Positions 25,946-38,772 are shown, counted from the first letter of the stretch. The stretch: 64,000 nt of DNA from Octopus sinensis (GCF_006345805.1 NC_043019.1:6137360-6201359), one strand, 5' to 3'. Made by a program: numbers and translations. Notes: a model not told the origin generated them from the letters alone.

Positions 25946-26329
25946 TATATATATATATATAATATATATATAAATAGACGAGTGTATTTTTACCTGTTAA
26001 CAATTAACACGGAAAAAATAAACAGTTACCAGGGCAGCAAAAATCTCACAAGTAAAGGTGTTGTAACTCCTTGTTTATAAAAGTAGAAACTTCGTGTTTA
26101 CTTTGAATATTTTGAATAATATATGAATAAATAAATGGAGTTTAACACAGGTGTAAATCAAATATTTGTACTTTCGAAACATGTGTCGAAAGTAAAAGTA
26201 TTTGATTTACACTTGCGTTAAACTCCATTTATGTATCATATATATATATTGGATATAATATATATATATATATATATAATATATATATATATATTATATA
26301 TATATATATATATATAATATATATTATAT

Positions 26330-26536
26330 TTACTTGTTTCAGTTTTGACTGCGGCCATGCTGGAGCACCGCCTTTAATCGAGCAACTCGACCCCGGGACT
26401 TATTCTCTGTAAGCCCAGTACTTATTCTATCAGTCTCTTTTGCCGAGCCGCTAAGTGACGGGGACATAAACACACCAGCATCGGTTGTCAAGCAATGCTA
26501 GAGGGACAAACCCAGACACACATACACGCACATACA

Positions 26537-26581
<45 letters not shown>

Positions 26582-26755
26582 CATATATACGACGGGCTTC
26601 TTTCAGTTTCCGTCTACCAAGTCCACTCACAAGGCTTTGGTCAGCCCGAGGCTATAGTAGGGGACACTTGCCCAGGTTGCCACGCAGTGGCACTGGGACC
26701 CGGAACCATGTGGTTGGTAAACAAGCTACTTACCACACAGCCACTCCTGCGCCTA
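26330..26755 (-). mobile_element. SINE family A, full length
   Basis: Reverse complement of family A. Confidence 0.9.
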
Positions 26756-26943
26756 TATTATATATTGATTAATTGATATATGATTAATTATGAATTTTCT
26801 GGTTAATCCGTATGGAATCGGCGGCTTATATTTATTTGCTGCGATAAATTTGGCGCGAGTGCGATGATTTGAAAATTTTAGGTCAGATATTGCCGAGGCA
26901 GGGACGGGAATGCCTCGTGAAAAATATCTGTTCCGACTTGGCT

Positions 26944-27047
26944 ATTTCTTACTGATGAATCTAAGGGCCTATGGTAGATTGGCTGATTTAATTTATCAGG
27001 TTTAGTTTACCAAAACAGTAGACGAAACGGTGCATCGTATAAGAAAT
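26944..27047 (+). ncRNA. Type-I hammerhead ribozyme-like motif with a 65-nt stem II domain
   Basis: atttctta-CTGATGA-atcta...tagac-GAAA-cggtgcatcg-TA-taagaaat; 8-bp stem I. Confidence 0.7.
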
Positions 27048-27317
27048 TACAAGGGTAAATGTTTTTTAATTTTCTCCTGGTTTACGGAATTGATGTTATT
27101 TTGCGATTAAAGCTTTTGGCTGTTATTTCTAGTGGGTGAATGGCCTATTATGGCCGTCCTTGATTGTGATGTTGAACTTAAAAATGGTCTATGACTATTT
27201 AATTTTTTCCCACTAAGGCCGCTGGTGGCAAAAAAATTCTACAAAATTTTTTTGCCACCCTATATTGATTAAATATATATATATATAATATAATATATAT
27301 ATATATATATATAATAT

Positions 27318-27360
<43 letters not shown>

Positions 27361-27779
27361 ACAACAATTTATTATAGTGAAGGTATGGCTCGGTGGTGGT
27401 TAGTGCGTCGGACTCACGGTCGTGAGGTAGTGAGTTCGATTCACGACCGGGCATTGTATTATGTTCTTGAGCAAGACATTCTATTTCACGTCGCTCCAGT
27501 TCACTCATCTGTAGAATATGACTTTTTGGTAGGAACTTGTTAATTTATTTTTACCTGATGGTCATCTATGGTTCCAACCGGTTGGTTCCCTTAAGAAGTC
27601 ACCATTTGTTTTTCTTTTTGTTTTAGAATCTGGTTCTGACCAGAGAAAAAAATTCATTGGTTTTGTCTGAGGTGAGGTCAGCAACTGATGTTTGAGACGG
27701 TGTATTGTGCTTTTGTATAGTATTCTGGAGTTGGGGTCTCGAATACATGGGAGAGACTATTACTTGAAGTTTTCGAATT

Positions 27780-29530
27780 ATATATGTTGTCTCTGGTCGT
27801 TTTTCGTGGAAAAATTAAGTTTTATATTTCTGGTGTGTTAAGGGGTATTTAGTTGCAGTTTGTATATTTTAATGGCATATTTTTCTTATTCAATCGGAAT
27901 TGGGTTGAAGTGTTTCCAGTGCATTGATAAAGGGAGAAAATTTTGTATTTCGGATTTATATCTGCGGGGTAGCATTGATCTAAGTGTTTACTTACAGGAA
28001 CTTTCCTCTTCGTGGGTCCCTGGATTTGTTGCCTGTGTGCCATCAGTCTGTCCTTCAAGTTCAAACTAATTTGGCCCTCGTAGTCCCACCACATCCGCTG
28101 CATCTAAGGAATATATTAAGTTCTTCGATGCAGAGATGAAGTGATTTTTTTATGTTGGACTAGCAGTATCGCCCGGCGTTGCTCGGGTTTGTAAGGGAAA
28201 TAACTATATAAGCATTTTTAGAGATGTAAAGTATAATAGCCATCTCAATATGGCTAACCACAAAGGGGGGGGTGTTACTGTAGCTTTTTACGTTCTGAGA
28301 TTTAATAATAAATTTTTAGAGTTACTTCCCTTATATATGCCAAAAATGCATTAAAAATGAGAAAAATTGATGGTAAATTGTTTTTAAAATCGTAGACTCA
28401 TCGTAGACGCGCGCTAATACCCAGAAGGGCTCGATATGAATCACGACTATAAGATACCCGCTTTTGGTTAAACTGCACCGCAAAATGTGGGAGACAGACA
28501 GCACACAATCTCACTTTTATATATAAAGATATATAACTTGACTTGAATTTATGCGTTCAACTTTCCATAATATTGATGCAAGTCTTGCAGTTAGGGCGGT
28601 TGAATTTTTGATGGTTAATTCGCGCTGGTAAGCAACCATTTTTGAGATATGGGTTGTCTTTTACTTTTAATAATTTTTATGTGCTTCAATTGCTGTTTTC
28701 ACTCACAGGTCATTCAGAAGGAGGGGTATATTCTGATGGATGATGCTGTGTGTTTCCATGCTCTTTGGATTGTATGTTGATACGTAAGACAAAGTTTTAA
28801 GGGTGTCGTGGGTTTTTCTTGTTTTTCGTAACTCTTGGATGTCCAACGGTTTTGCACATTCTATTCCGTTTTTGATTAAATTAACCGGGTATTTTCTTTC
28901 TAGTAATGTTTTTAAGTTCTTGAAGTCGTTTATCTCGGGTTTCGCGATTTGATACAATAGTGCAAATTCTTCTTGCCAAATTAAACGGTATATTGATTTT
29001 TGCTTGCTTTGGATGGCAGGAAAAGAATAGCAGATATTGTTTTGAGTCCGTTGGCTAAAGTAGATGTCGGTTTCAATGTTATTATCTCTTTATAAAATTA
29101 AAATGTCCAGAAACGGCAGCTGTTTGTGACTGTATTCCATTGTAAATTGAATACTGTGGTTAATGTTGTCAATTAAGTTATTCAATTCTAAGAGTTGATC
29201 AAGGTTATGTGACCACAAAATAAAACAATCTTCCAGGTATCATTTCCAGTTGAGGAGCAAGTATCTTTGAAAGTTGCCTCCAAATTTCTGTCTAGCGTGT
29301 TGGTATATTTGGACTTCCATTATGCCATGACAAGGTTAGTGAAAGTAAGAGCTACCTTTGTTCCCATCGCAGTCCCCGATTTTATTTCTTGGAGTTTTCG
29401 TTGAAGTTCTGTAGGATGAATTTTAGTCCCTCAATGATGAATCCTTTTCCAATTCGGTCAGGAATGTCATTTGGAAATTTTTCCAGACAGAATTGTATCG
29501 CTTCTATTCCGACTTTTATTCCGGACTCGT
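27780..29530 (-). mobile_element. Penelope-like element relic (RT and GIY-YIG), split by a Helitron
   Basis: LKFILQN, GTAMGTKVA, QFTMEYSHKQLPFLDI, KYPVNLI, YEGQISLNLKDRLMAHRQQI. Confidence 0.85.
28160..28529 (-). mobile_element. Non-autonomous Helitron
   Basis: A|TC 5' end, 3' hairpin cccgagcaacgccggg, CTAG|T end. Confidence 0.85.
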
Positions 29531-29857
29531 AAGGAGTCGCGGTGTCATGAAATCGAGGTGTCACGAAACCTACAACCAATGAGCACTTGTTCCTTGACCG
29601 TGGTCGTCACCAGGAAGCCAACCAACCAAAATACTTGACTTTGCCAAAACAAAAATACTTTAACCAAAATATCCACGAAGAAAAGAATAAGACGTCATCG
29701 ACTTAGCGGTCCTGCAAAAGAGATCAATAGAATAAGTAGCAGGCTTAACAAGAATATAAGTACAGGGATCAAGTCATTCGACTAAAACAAATTGTTCAGG
29801 GCGGTGCTCCAGCATGGCCACAGTCTAATGACTGAAACAAGTGAAAGATAAATTATG

Positions 29858-29898
<41 letters not shown>

Positions 29899-30016
29899 AA
29901 GAATACGAAGACTTGTACATCTTCAAATGCTTCTTTTGATTTAACATAAATGTTAAATTAGTAATTGTTCTCGATTTAAACAGCCGACATATTCATAGTC
30001 CAGCGAAAGAGCCGCG

Positions 30017-30089
<73 letters not shown>

Positions 30090-30236
30090 GGGCTTAGCAA
30101 ATTGCTTCACCACATACCGAAATTTAGAAATAGCAGTTAAATACTATTGTACTACCATAAGATAACTCCCAGACAGCAATACTTTCAACACACACAGGCA
30201 AAGAGATAAAATAACGAATCTACCCGGCTTTGATTA

Positions 30237-30305
30237 ACTATATACGCGTTTCTGGATTAAAGATATGTAAAATAACTCATACCTTATTTCCGTCTTCAGT
30301 ATAGT
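30237..30305 (-). ncRNA. Type-I hammerhead ribozyme-like motif, canonical core
   Basis: actata-CTGAAGA-c gga aat aaggtatg (loop) catatctt taa tcc a-GAAA-cgcg-TA-tatagt. Confidence 0.7.
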
Positions 30306-30888
30306 ATTTCAATTATAAATTGAGAGCACTAGCAATCAAGATATTTATTCGACTAAGCGCCATCGAACAAAATTTATATCCCAAAAAATTATGTTTATGA
30401 TTATAATAATTTTTGTATAAGTTTACCGATAATGGTTCTTTTAACATACCAAGCTACTTGGTAAGATTATTAATTATAAATTGATTAATTAATCCTAAGC
30501 TTTATTATTATTGATATTATATATATATACAAGCAGGTAAGCCCGGTTTCACCCGGTCTGTTTGGATGATGTGTCTGTGATCGTTTTCGGTTAGAGGTAA
30601 TCTATAACCACGTCTCTCAACCTTATCAATTCGGGTCCTCTGTTTTGATTGGAGTCTCCCCCCTTGTAAGAAAACAGCTTCAGGAGTTGTGAAGAAAGAA
30701 TTTGTATGTAGTCCGTTTCTGAGAGCTATTGTATTGGACCTCTGTCTAATCATTAAAACATTGATTTAATTATGAACATAGAAATAAATTATACGATAAT
30801 TCTTATTTTTGTAAGCAGTTGTATCCATAAAAAATTTTATTTGCAGAGAGCAGAAATTGAAAGAAGATATATGAAATGGATGTGCGTG

Positions 30889-30921
<33 letters not shown>

Positions 30922-31404
30922 GTGTGTGTGCGTGCGAGTGCTAGCTTGCGCTTGTGTATGTGAGAAGAAGAGAGACAGCATAGCGAAAAATTTGGCTGAC
31001 TGTCATCCTGTACTCCCCTTGTTGCCAGCGAAATGGTATATGCCGGCTGTGTGAGCAACTGGTTGTTTTAATGGCGGAACAAACAAGGGAATTCCATTAG
31101 AAAAGGTTTTAATCCATTTTCTCGATAACTATGGGAGCTAGGGAAAAAATACAAACCCCATTCCATCTATGCACCCGTCTCCACATGTGTGCCATTTTTC
31201 ACGTGAATCCACCCGGCCGTTTGGCTGTGAACCTCAAGACAAGAAAGAATTCAATGATCGCCCATGTCCAATTTATATTATAGATAATGAGTTTAAAACA
31301 TAAATGCACGAACGGAAACGGACAAAGATGGCGCCAACGCCTCATCAGTTATTGGCGAGTGAATGAATTGCAATTTCGCACCTAACCGATAATATTGCCT
31401 GCCC

Positions 31405-32078
31405 TGTGTAACTATGTATGTATGTATATATGTATGTACGTATGCATGTATGTATTATGTATGTATGTATATATGTATGTATGTATTATCTATGTATGTA
31501 TGTATTATGTATGTATGTATGTATGCATGTATGTATGTATGTATGTATGTATGTATGTGTGTATGCATGTATGCATGTATGTATGTATGTATGTATGCAT
31601 GTATGCATGTATGTATGTATGCATGTATGTACGTATGCATGTATGTATGTATTATGTATGTATGTATGTATGTATTATGTATGTATGTGTGTATTATGTA
31701 TGTATGTATTATGTATGTATGTATTATGTATGTATGTATGTATGCATGTATGTATGTATGTATGTATGTATGTATGTATGTATGTATGTATGCATGTATG
31801 TATGTATTATGTATGTATGTATTATGTATGTATGTATGCATGTATGTATGTATGTATGTATGTATGTATGCATTATGTATGTATGTGTGTATTATGTATG
31901 TATGTATGTATTATGTATGTATGTATGTATGTATGTATGTATGTATGTATGTATTATGTATGTATGTATGTATGTATGTATGTATGTATTATGTATGTAT
32001 GTATTATGTATGTATGTATTATGTATGTATGTATTATGTATGTATGCATGTATGTATGTATGTATGTATGCATGTATG

Positions 32079-32098
<20 letters not shown>
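31405..32098. repeat. Long (TATG)n microsatellite with TAT and CATG interruptions
   Basis: Direct reading. Confidence 0.95.
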
Positions 32099-32113
<15 letters not shown>

Positions 32114-32355
32114 GGGGGGAGAGAGATAATTATATATAAATACACACACACACACACATACACACACACATATATAGATACTGGAGAAGGGAAAGCGAAG
32201 AAAAGATAAAAAGAAAATAAAGTAGAAACGTAACGAAGCAATGTCATTGAGAGACAGAGAGATATAAACGAAATAACATAATGTAAAGAAAGATATACAA
32301 GAAAATGTAAACGAATAACAAGGAGTTAGGAAGTCATACACCTGGTTATCAAATA

Positions 32356-32739
32356 CTAGCAGTATCGCCCGGCGTTGCTCAGGTTTGTAAGGGAAATAAC
32401 TATAAAGCATTTTAGAGTTATAGCCAAAAAATAGCAAAAAAATGGAAAAAATGATGGTAAATTTTTTTTTGAGATTTAAAAAAGGTGGAGTTGCGTCCCT
32501 AGATAGTTTGTGTTGGTTCGTGTTTCTGATTCTCGACCCCATGTCGAATTTATCGATTTTTTTTCAGAACTGGGGGAACTTTTCAAAATTTTCGCTGCGT
32601 TAGTTTTGAATTAGACATTGGGCTATGTGTGTGTGTCAAGTTTTCATCAGAATCGGTTGAAAGCCGTGGTCAGGGTGAGGGTACAAGCAACGACACACAG
32701 AAACACGCACAGACAAACTGCCGGTTATATATGAAGAGA
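32356..32739 (-). mobile_element. Non-autonomous Helitron
   Basis: Same 3' end as 28160; A|TC at the other end. Confidence 0.8.
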
Positions 32740-32945
32740 TTTCGCTATTTATTGAATTTGATGTATAAATAATATAGTGAGGATACATACGAGATTGCGT
32801 AACCGGAAGGCATATGAATTAATATAGAATAAGAATTTCCTCTTCAACTTTACCTAATCTAGATAGCATTATAGTGGGTATAGATAGGCGTAATATCAAC
32901 ATAATCCGTCACAATACAAATAGTATTTACAATAATAATAATATA

Positions 32946-33308
32946 TCTCTATATATATAAACGGCAAAATGTCTGTGTATGTGTCCTTTATACAAATCCA
33001 CAATTTTTAAGTTAGAGAGCTCGTACTTTCTATGGTCATTTGAAACCGTCCAAGGGTGGTCGTGCACATCTTTACATTTCCACAGTCATCTTGCAAAGCC
33101 ATTAAAAAAATCAATAGAAGTGACTTTTTGTGAATTTTCTATCCAAAACCCAATCAAAATGCCCGAAACTTGATACACCAATTGAATGCCAGCTAACTGT
33201 ATGTGATTGGTTGGAGATTTGGACAGTACTCGTGTGTATGTGCGCACGCCCGCAGCTGTATATGCATGCACTAGCACTATGACCCGGCGTTGCCGGGTCA
33301 TAGTGCTA
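32946..33308 (+). mobile_element. Helitron-like element ending in a perfect 17-bp hairpin
   Basis: A|TCTCTATATATATAAA start; tagcactatgacccggc-gtt-gccgggtcatagtgcta. Confidence 0.65.
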
Positions 33309-33960
33309 TATAAAATAACCAGCTTGTTCGTTCGCCCGTTATACACTGGTTAGTTAGAGAGGTGGAGTAAGAGTGAGAAAAAGAGAGAGGGAGGAGTGTA
33401 GAAAGATGAGAGGGCAAAGGAGAGAAAGGTGATTAATATTAATACACTTGTGCCAGATAGTCACGTGGTCAACTGAAGGTGGAGGCGAAGAACGAGAGAG
33501 GACGACGCGAGAAAAAGAGGAAGAGAGAAATGCTAACGACGTGCGGTGGGGTGGGGAAGGAATACTTATTACGTAGTTAAAAAGTTAGGCGAAGGGGAAG
33601 GTAGTTAGAGATGAACAGAGGAGGCAGTTATGAGAGAGAGAGAGAGAGAGAGAGGGATGGGGAGAGAGAGCAGGTGGTGGAGGTGGTGGTGGAGGTGGTG
33701 GTGTGTTGATGGTGGAAAGTATTTTTTATTCAACTAATTTTTTCTAGCGACCATCACATACGCATAAGTGCAATTATTTATCGTCCGCTCGCTTTAAGAA
33801 TTGATATTTATATTTATAAGGGTTATTTAACCTAAACAATGGATTCACAAGAAACACAGTTGCAAGCTGCCTGTGAAAAGATGCGTAAATATAGAGCACG
33901 GATCAGAGAGGAACAGTGAGAAGATATAATAAAAATATGGCATACACTGCTCTCTCACTC

Positions 33961-34000
<40 letters not shown>

Positions 34001-34020
34001 TAATAATAATAATAATAATA

Positions 34021-34225
34021 GTGCTTTCACTTCACTACCGAGCGCAGCTCTGTGTGCCTTGGTATGTGCTGTGATTTGTTGTGATGCTCTGATGGTTATT
34101 GTATGGCAGAACACTTTCCATACAATAACCATCAGAGCATCACAACAAATCACAGCACATACCCAGGCACACGAGCTGCGCTCGGTAGTGAAGTGAAAGC
34201 ACGCTATAAAAATAAAACTACTGAA
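34021..34225. mobile_element. Fold-back of an R4/Dong-like subfamily A 3' end
   Basis: Inverted arms 34021-34106 and 34118-34202, 11-nt spacer, in (AAT)n. Confidence 0.85.
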
Positions 34226-34227
34226 TG

Positions 34228-34261
<34 letters not shown>

Positions 34262-34281
34262 TAATAATAATAATATAATAA

Positions 34282-34834
34282 TGCCCTGATCCAATATCAG
34301 GCAGGGACCTCTATGGCTTCTGATCTTAACTGATTGGAAGTGTTATCATGTACATGTTTTATCTTGGTATAAAAGATGGGCCAGAGCAAATATTGTGCTA
34401 AATTCCACAGTTGTACTTGTCGGTTGCTTGACCTTAACAAGATGAGCATGTCCCTTAGTGGCTGACGATATGTACATCACTACTAACTAGCAGGAATAGT
34501 GGGGGATCACCATAGCCATAGTTTGAGAGGGATTCTTTAAGGTTTAAATAATTCACCCACGGAGACAAGGGTGTTTCGTTCGTCATCCTTAGACAATCCT
34601 TATTCAGAGACCTTTTTAGTGCGACGGGCTACTCGACCTGGAGAAAATTCTAACTGGATCCCACCTGCAACGTCATGTGCTGTGTATATCGATATGAAGT
34701 CACCACGTCGCGCATATATGGTTGTGATGAATGTACCTGGTGTACCATTATGAGACGGATAGACATGATGGGTATATTGGACTTTGTATATTTGTACCCC
34801 AGTGTCACTTCAATGGCATGTGCTGCTCTCGCTC
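34282..34834 (+). mobile_element. Non-coding interspersed repeat flanked by (AAT)n
   Basis: Ends ctctcgctc(aat)n; same 3' end at ~33938-33960; fragments at ~23355-23488 and ~23700-23752. Confidence 0.65.
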
Positions 34835-34943
34835 AATAATAATAATGATGATGATGATGATGACGATGATGATAATAATAATAATAATAATAATAATGAT
34901 TATTATTATTATTATTATTATTATTTCATCATCATCATCATCA

Positions 34944-34985
<42 letters not shown>

Positions 34986-35010
34986 TATTATTATTATTAT
35001 TATTATTATT

Positions 35011-37381
35011 CTATGTTTGACTTTTGCTTTATATTTGTACAAGTTGGCTCTAAGTCTCACCCAGAGACCTCAAGAGACAACAAGTTGGAAGTTCATGTTG
35101 TTGTTATGCCTAGTGTGCCATATATTTGGGGGGTGGGGATGTTGTACTAATGAATGTCTAAAAAAAAAAAAAGTTTTTTTGTTTTTTTTTTTTTTTTTTA
35201 ACCGAAAATTATGGTTGTTTTTAAAACCTTGAGGTTACATAGAGAGTATTTTGCGTAGGATATGAGCATTTCCCATGAGCACTATCTTTTGAACTTCTGC
35301 CATTTTTGGGTTTCCTGGTATCTGAGTTAGGTAGCTATCACCCCTTTTGCTATCATTCCCAGGGCACCTATGACAACAGGTATTGTTTTAGTCTTCAGCT
35401 TCCACATTTTGCTGATTTCTATTTCAAGATCTTTATATTTGCTCAGTTTTTTGGTAGGTCCTGACAGATACGTTTATATCGATTGGGACAGTCATATCAA
35501 TGAGGAGCATGTTCTTTGTTTGAAGTCTTTCAATATGATGTCTGGCCTATTTGCATCTATCTTCCTGTCAGTTTGAATGGTGAAGTTCCAGAGGAGTGAG
35601 ATTTGGTCATTTTCAAGCACTGGGGGTGGTTTGTGTTCCCACCAGTTTTTTCTCATGGGGCAACTCCAGGTTTTTACAGATTACCCAGTGAATATATTGT
35701 GCAGCTCTATCGTGCCTGTTGAGATACTCTGTAGGCGCTGAAGACTGCACTTGGAGACCACATGGTCAATGGTTTCATTTTGTTGCTTGCATACACGACA
35801 CGTTGGACTGCTTCTGATCTTTAATATGTTGGCCTGGTAGTTTCTTGTTGGTTAGGCATTGATCTTGAGCTGCTATGATAAACCCCTCTGTTTCAGATTT
35901 TAAGCCAGAGGCCATTAGCCATTGATGGGTCAGGGCTTTGTCGATATCTGCATTATTCGCTCTCTTTGGGTATTTGCCGTAGAGAGGTTTTTCTTGCCAT
36001 TTATTATTCAGAATATCTAAGGCCACAGTTTTGGCACGGGTTTTCATGCGCCTAGCTTTTTCTGTGCTTGTTTCTTGTATGTAGTATCTCTAATTCCGAA
36101 TTGGTTGTATTCGGATTCACTTAGATATTCCTTTGCCTGTTTTGTGACTGAGTATGATGCTTTCTTGTTTTCATGTTTTGAGACAAGTTTTTAACATCCA
36201 GTCCTCAGAGTTTTTCAGGTAGGTGTCTAGGCCAATTGTAGCAATCTTCATTGTTATTGCCAGTTGCAAAAGACCACGGCCTCTTGCAGACCCTCTTGCC
36301 AAGAAGGCTTTTGTGGGTCTGTTGGCCGTTTTCTAATCTTTACACCACATAGGATCGTTGAGATTTTCGCGGATGCATAGTATAGGTGGTTGAGGTTTGT
36401 GATATCAACATCATTAACTGAAATTATTTCCTTAAGTGCAAGCCGGATTTTACCAATTATTTTCATGTTTTGGTTAGAGTTGCGGATTTTAGGAAGTGTA
36501 TCACGCTCATCCATGCTGGTTTTCTTTAATTTTCAGCCATTCAATCATGATTTGATTTTTTTAGCTCATGTAGTTCTGTTGGGTCAATATTTGTGTGACT
36601 TTCTTCTTTCTATTTGATGCTCATCTGTCTTAGTGTTTATGATTGGTTCAGGGCGTATTTCACTTTGCCTATCACTTATACTAACTCTTTCAATCCTCTC
36701 TTCGTTTTTATTAAATATCCGCCCTGGGCTGGTCTATAATCATTTCCTCTGTATTATCTTCTCTAGCTGCAGCTTCGTTCATTTTATCCGATATTGCTTG
36801 TCTAACCTGATCAATCTCTACTTCAGTCAGTAATTTCTTTTTTATCATGTTTCTTCTAACATTGGCAAGCTTGTTACTGTCTATGTAGGGTCTTACTTCA
36901 GGGTGTTTTCTGTCTCCAGTTTAAGTATGCTTGTACAGTGCTAGACTTATCTGTGGGGAAATATGGCATGGTAGAAGGCCTCAGAACTTCTTTATTATCT
37001 TCCCTAGACCATTTTTCCTTCTTTTTTTCTTTTGATTATTTGGTGATGAGCATGGATGGCCATCTGTTGGAATATTCCGGTTGTGGAGTTCGTCCAGCTC
37101 CTGTGTGTTGGGAAGATTTGATCCAGTAACTGATTTTTCAATCAGGATTTGTTCAATTTTTCGGGTACGTGGTCTTTTGTAATCCGCGCAATGACCAATG
37201 CGGTTTATTGTTTGATTTGTTGACCTTGAAGCATGACGAGCATCCATTCTTATATTAGGAGATGGATCTGTCAGTTTAGGGTTCACTACATGTAAGCATT
37301 GCTCATAGCGCCGCTTCTTAAGACTAGCAGATCTATATTCGTCTGTATTTTTTTTTTGTTGATAGTTTTATCTCCGGACAT
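35011..37381 (-). mobile_element. R4/Dong-like RLE LINE subfamily B with internal RT deletion
   Basis: N-terminal relic (KWSREDNKEVL, TNLNHLYYASA) joined at ~36295 to GRGLLQL, then KSETEGFIIAAQDQ, zinc knuckle, RPDII...IDMTVP, KYKDL; 3' UTR abuts (TTA)n. Confidence 0.85.
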
Positions 37382-37398
37382 TTTTTTTTTTATTATTA

Positions 37399-37432
<34 letters not shown>

Positions 37433-37455
37433 CATTATTATTATTATTACTATTA

Positions 37456-37515
<60 letters not shown>

Positions 37516-37655
37516 ATTATTGTTGTTGTGTTGTTGTTGTTGTTGTTGTTATTACCATTGTTATCTAATGAACGATGTTTCGACATCTTGTATGTCTTCA
37601 ACTGGTTCAAAATAAATTTTTATATCAATCTACTTCATTTTGGTTAATATAGAAG

Positions 37656-37757
37656 GATTGAGGTAACTCCCCCTAAAGATATAGAGTCAAAATTAAAAGA
37701 AGAGTGCACTCTTCTTTTAATTTTGACTCTATATCTTTAGGGGGAGTTACCTCAATC
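37656..37757. repeat. Perfect 102-bp palindrome with no spacer
   Basis: 51-bp arms centred on GTG|CAC. Confidence 0.95.
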
Positions 37758-38017
37758 ATTTTTATATTATTATTATTATTTTTTTTTCCTACTTTTTTCA
37801 AATTTTCTTCCGTTTCTCTCGCCGAGTGTTTCCCGCACACCTAGGGCAGAGAAGCTCATTGTATGCATTCCCAGATTACACACGCAAATTCGCAGGTAAA
37901 ATATGTATTTAAAAAAATTAATAAATAAATAAATTCATGAATGGATGTTGTTTTCATAGCGATAATGCTCTTCTCAGTACATGAGTCGTTCCAGTTAACA
38001 CGGTTTATTTATTTATT

Positions 38018-38077
<60 letters not shown>

Positions 38078-38080
<3 letters not shown>

Positions 38081-38591
38081 TAGTTTTATTTTTATTTTTA
38101 TAGCGTGCTTTCACTTCACTACCGAGCGCAGCTCTGTGTGCCTTGGGTATGTGCTGTGATTTGTTGTGATGCTCTGATGGTTATTGTATGGAAAGTGTTC
38201 TGCGTAGGATGTGTGCAGTGCCTAGTAGTGCAATTTTCTGTATGTTATATGTATTTGTAAGTCCTGGTTTTTTTGTTATGTATTTGTCTGAATATTTTTT
38301 TATCATGCCTAATGCACCTACTATGATAGGAATGTTTCTGTTTTCAGGTTCCACATTCTAGTTACCTCTATTTCCAGGTCTTTGTATTTTGAGAGTTTCT
38401 CCATTTCTTTTAGAGACACGTTGTCATCAGCCGGTATTGATACATCAATTAGAAAGCATTTTTTTTTCATGGTCTCTGACAACTATATCTGGTCTGTTGG
38501 CCTTAATTTCTCTGTCTGTGTATCGGCATATCCCAGAGTATGGTTGCTTTCTCGTTTTCTGTGAGCTTTTCTGGTGTGTGCCTATACCATC

Positions 38592-38594
<3 letters not shown>
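38078..38594 (-). mobile_element. R4/Dong-like subfamily A 3' fragment
   Basis: Reverse complement of ~42535-43051. Confidence 0.85.
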
Positions 38595-38626
<32 letters not shown>

Positions 38627-38702
38627 TTTTTTTTTTTTTTTTCTTTTATTCTTTTACTTGTTTCAATCATTTGACTGCGGCCATGCTGGAGCACCGCCTT
38701 TA

Positions 38703-38771
<69 letters not shown>

Positions 38772-38772
<1 letters not shown>

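Noticed and set aside
26170-26195. GAAACATG as a hammerhead half
   Set aside because: No upstream core, and G at position 17
31395-32209. Long ORFs of 234-263 aa
   Set aside because: Translations of (TATG)n; the same applies to the many IY-, CV- and HT-rich ORFs
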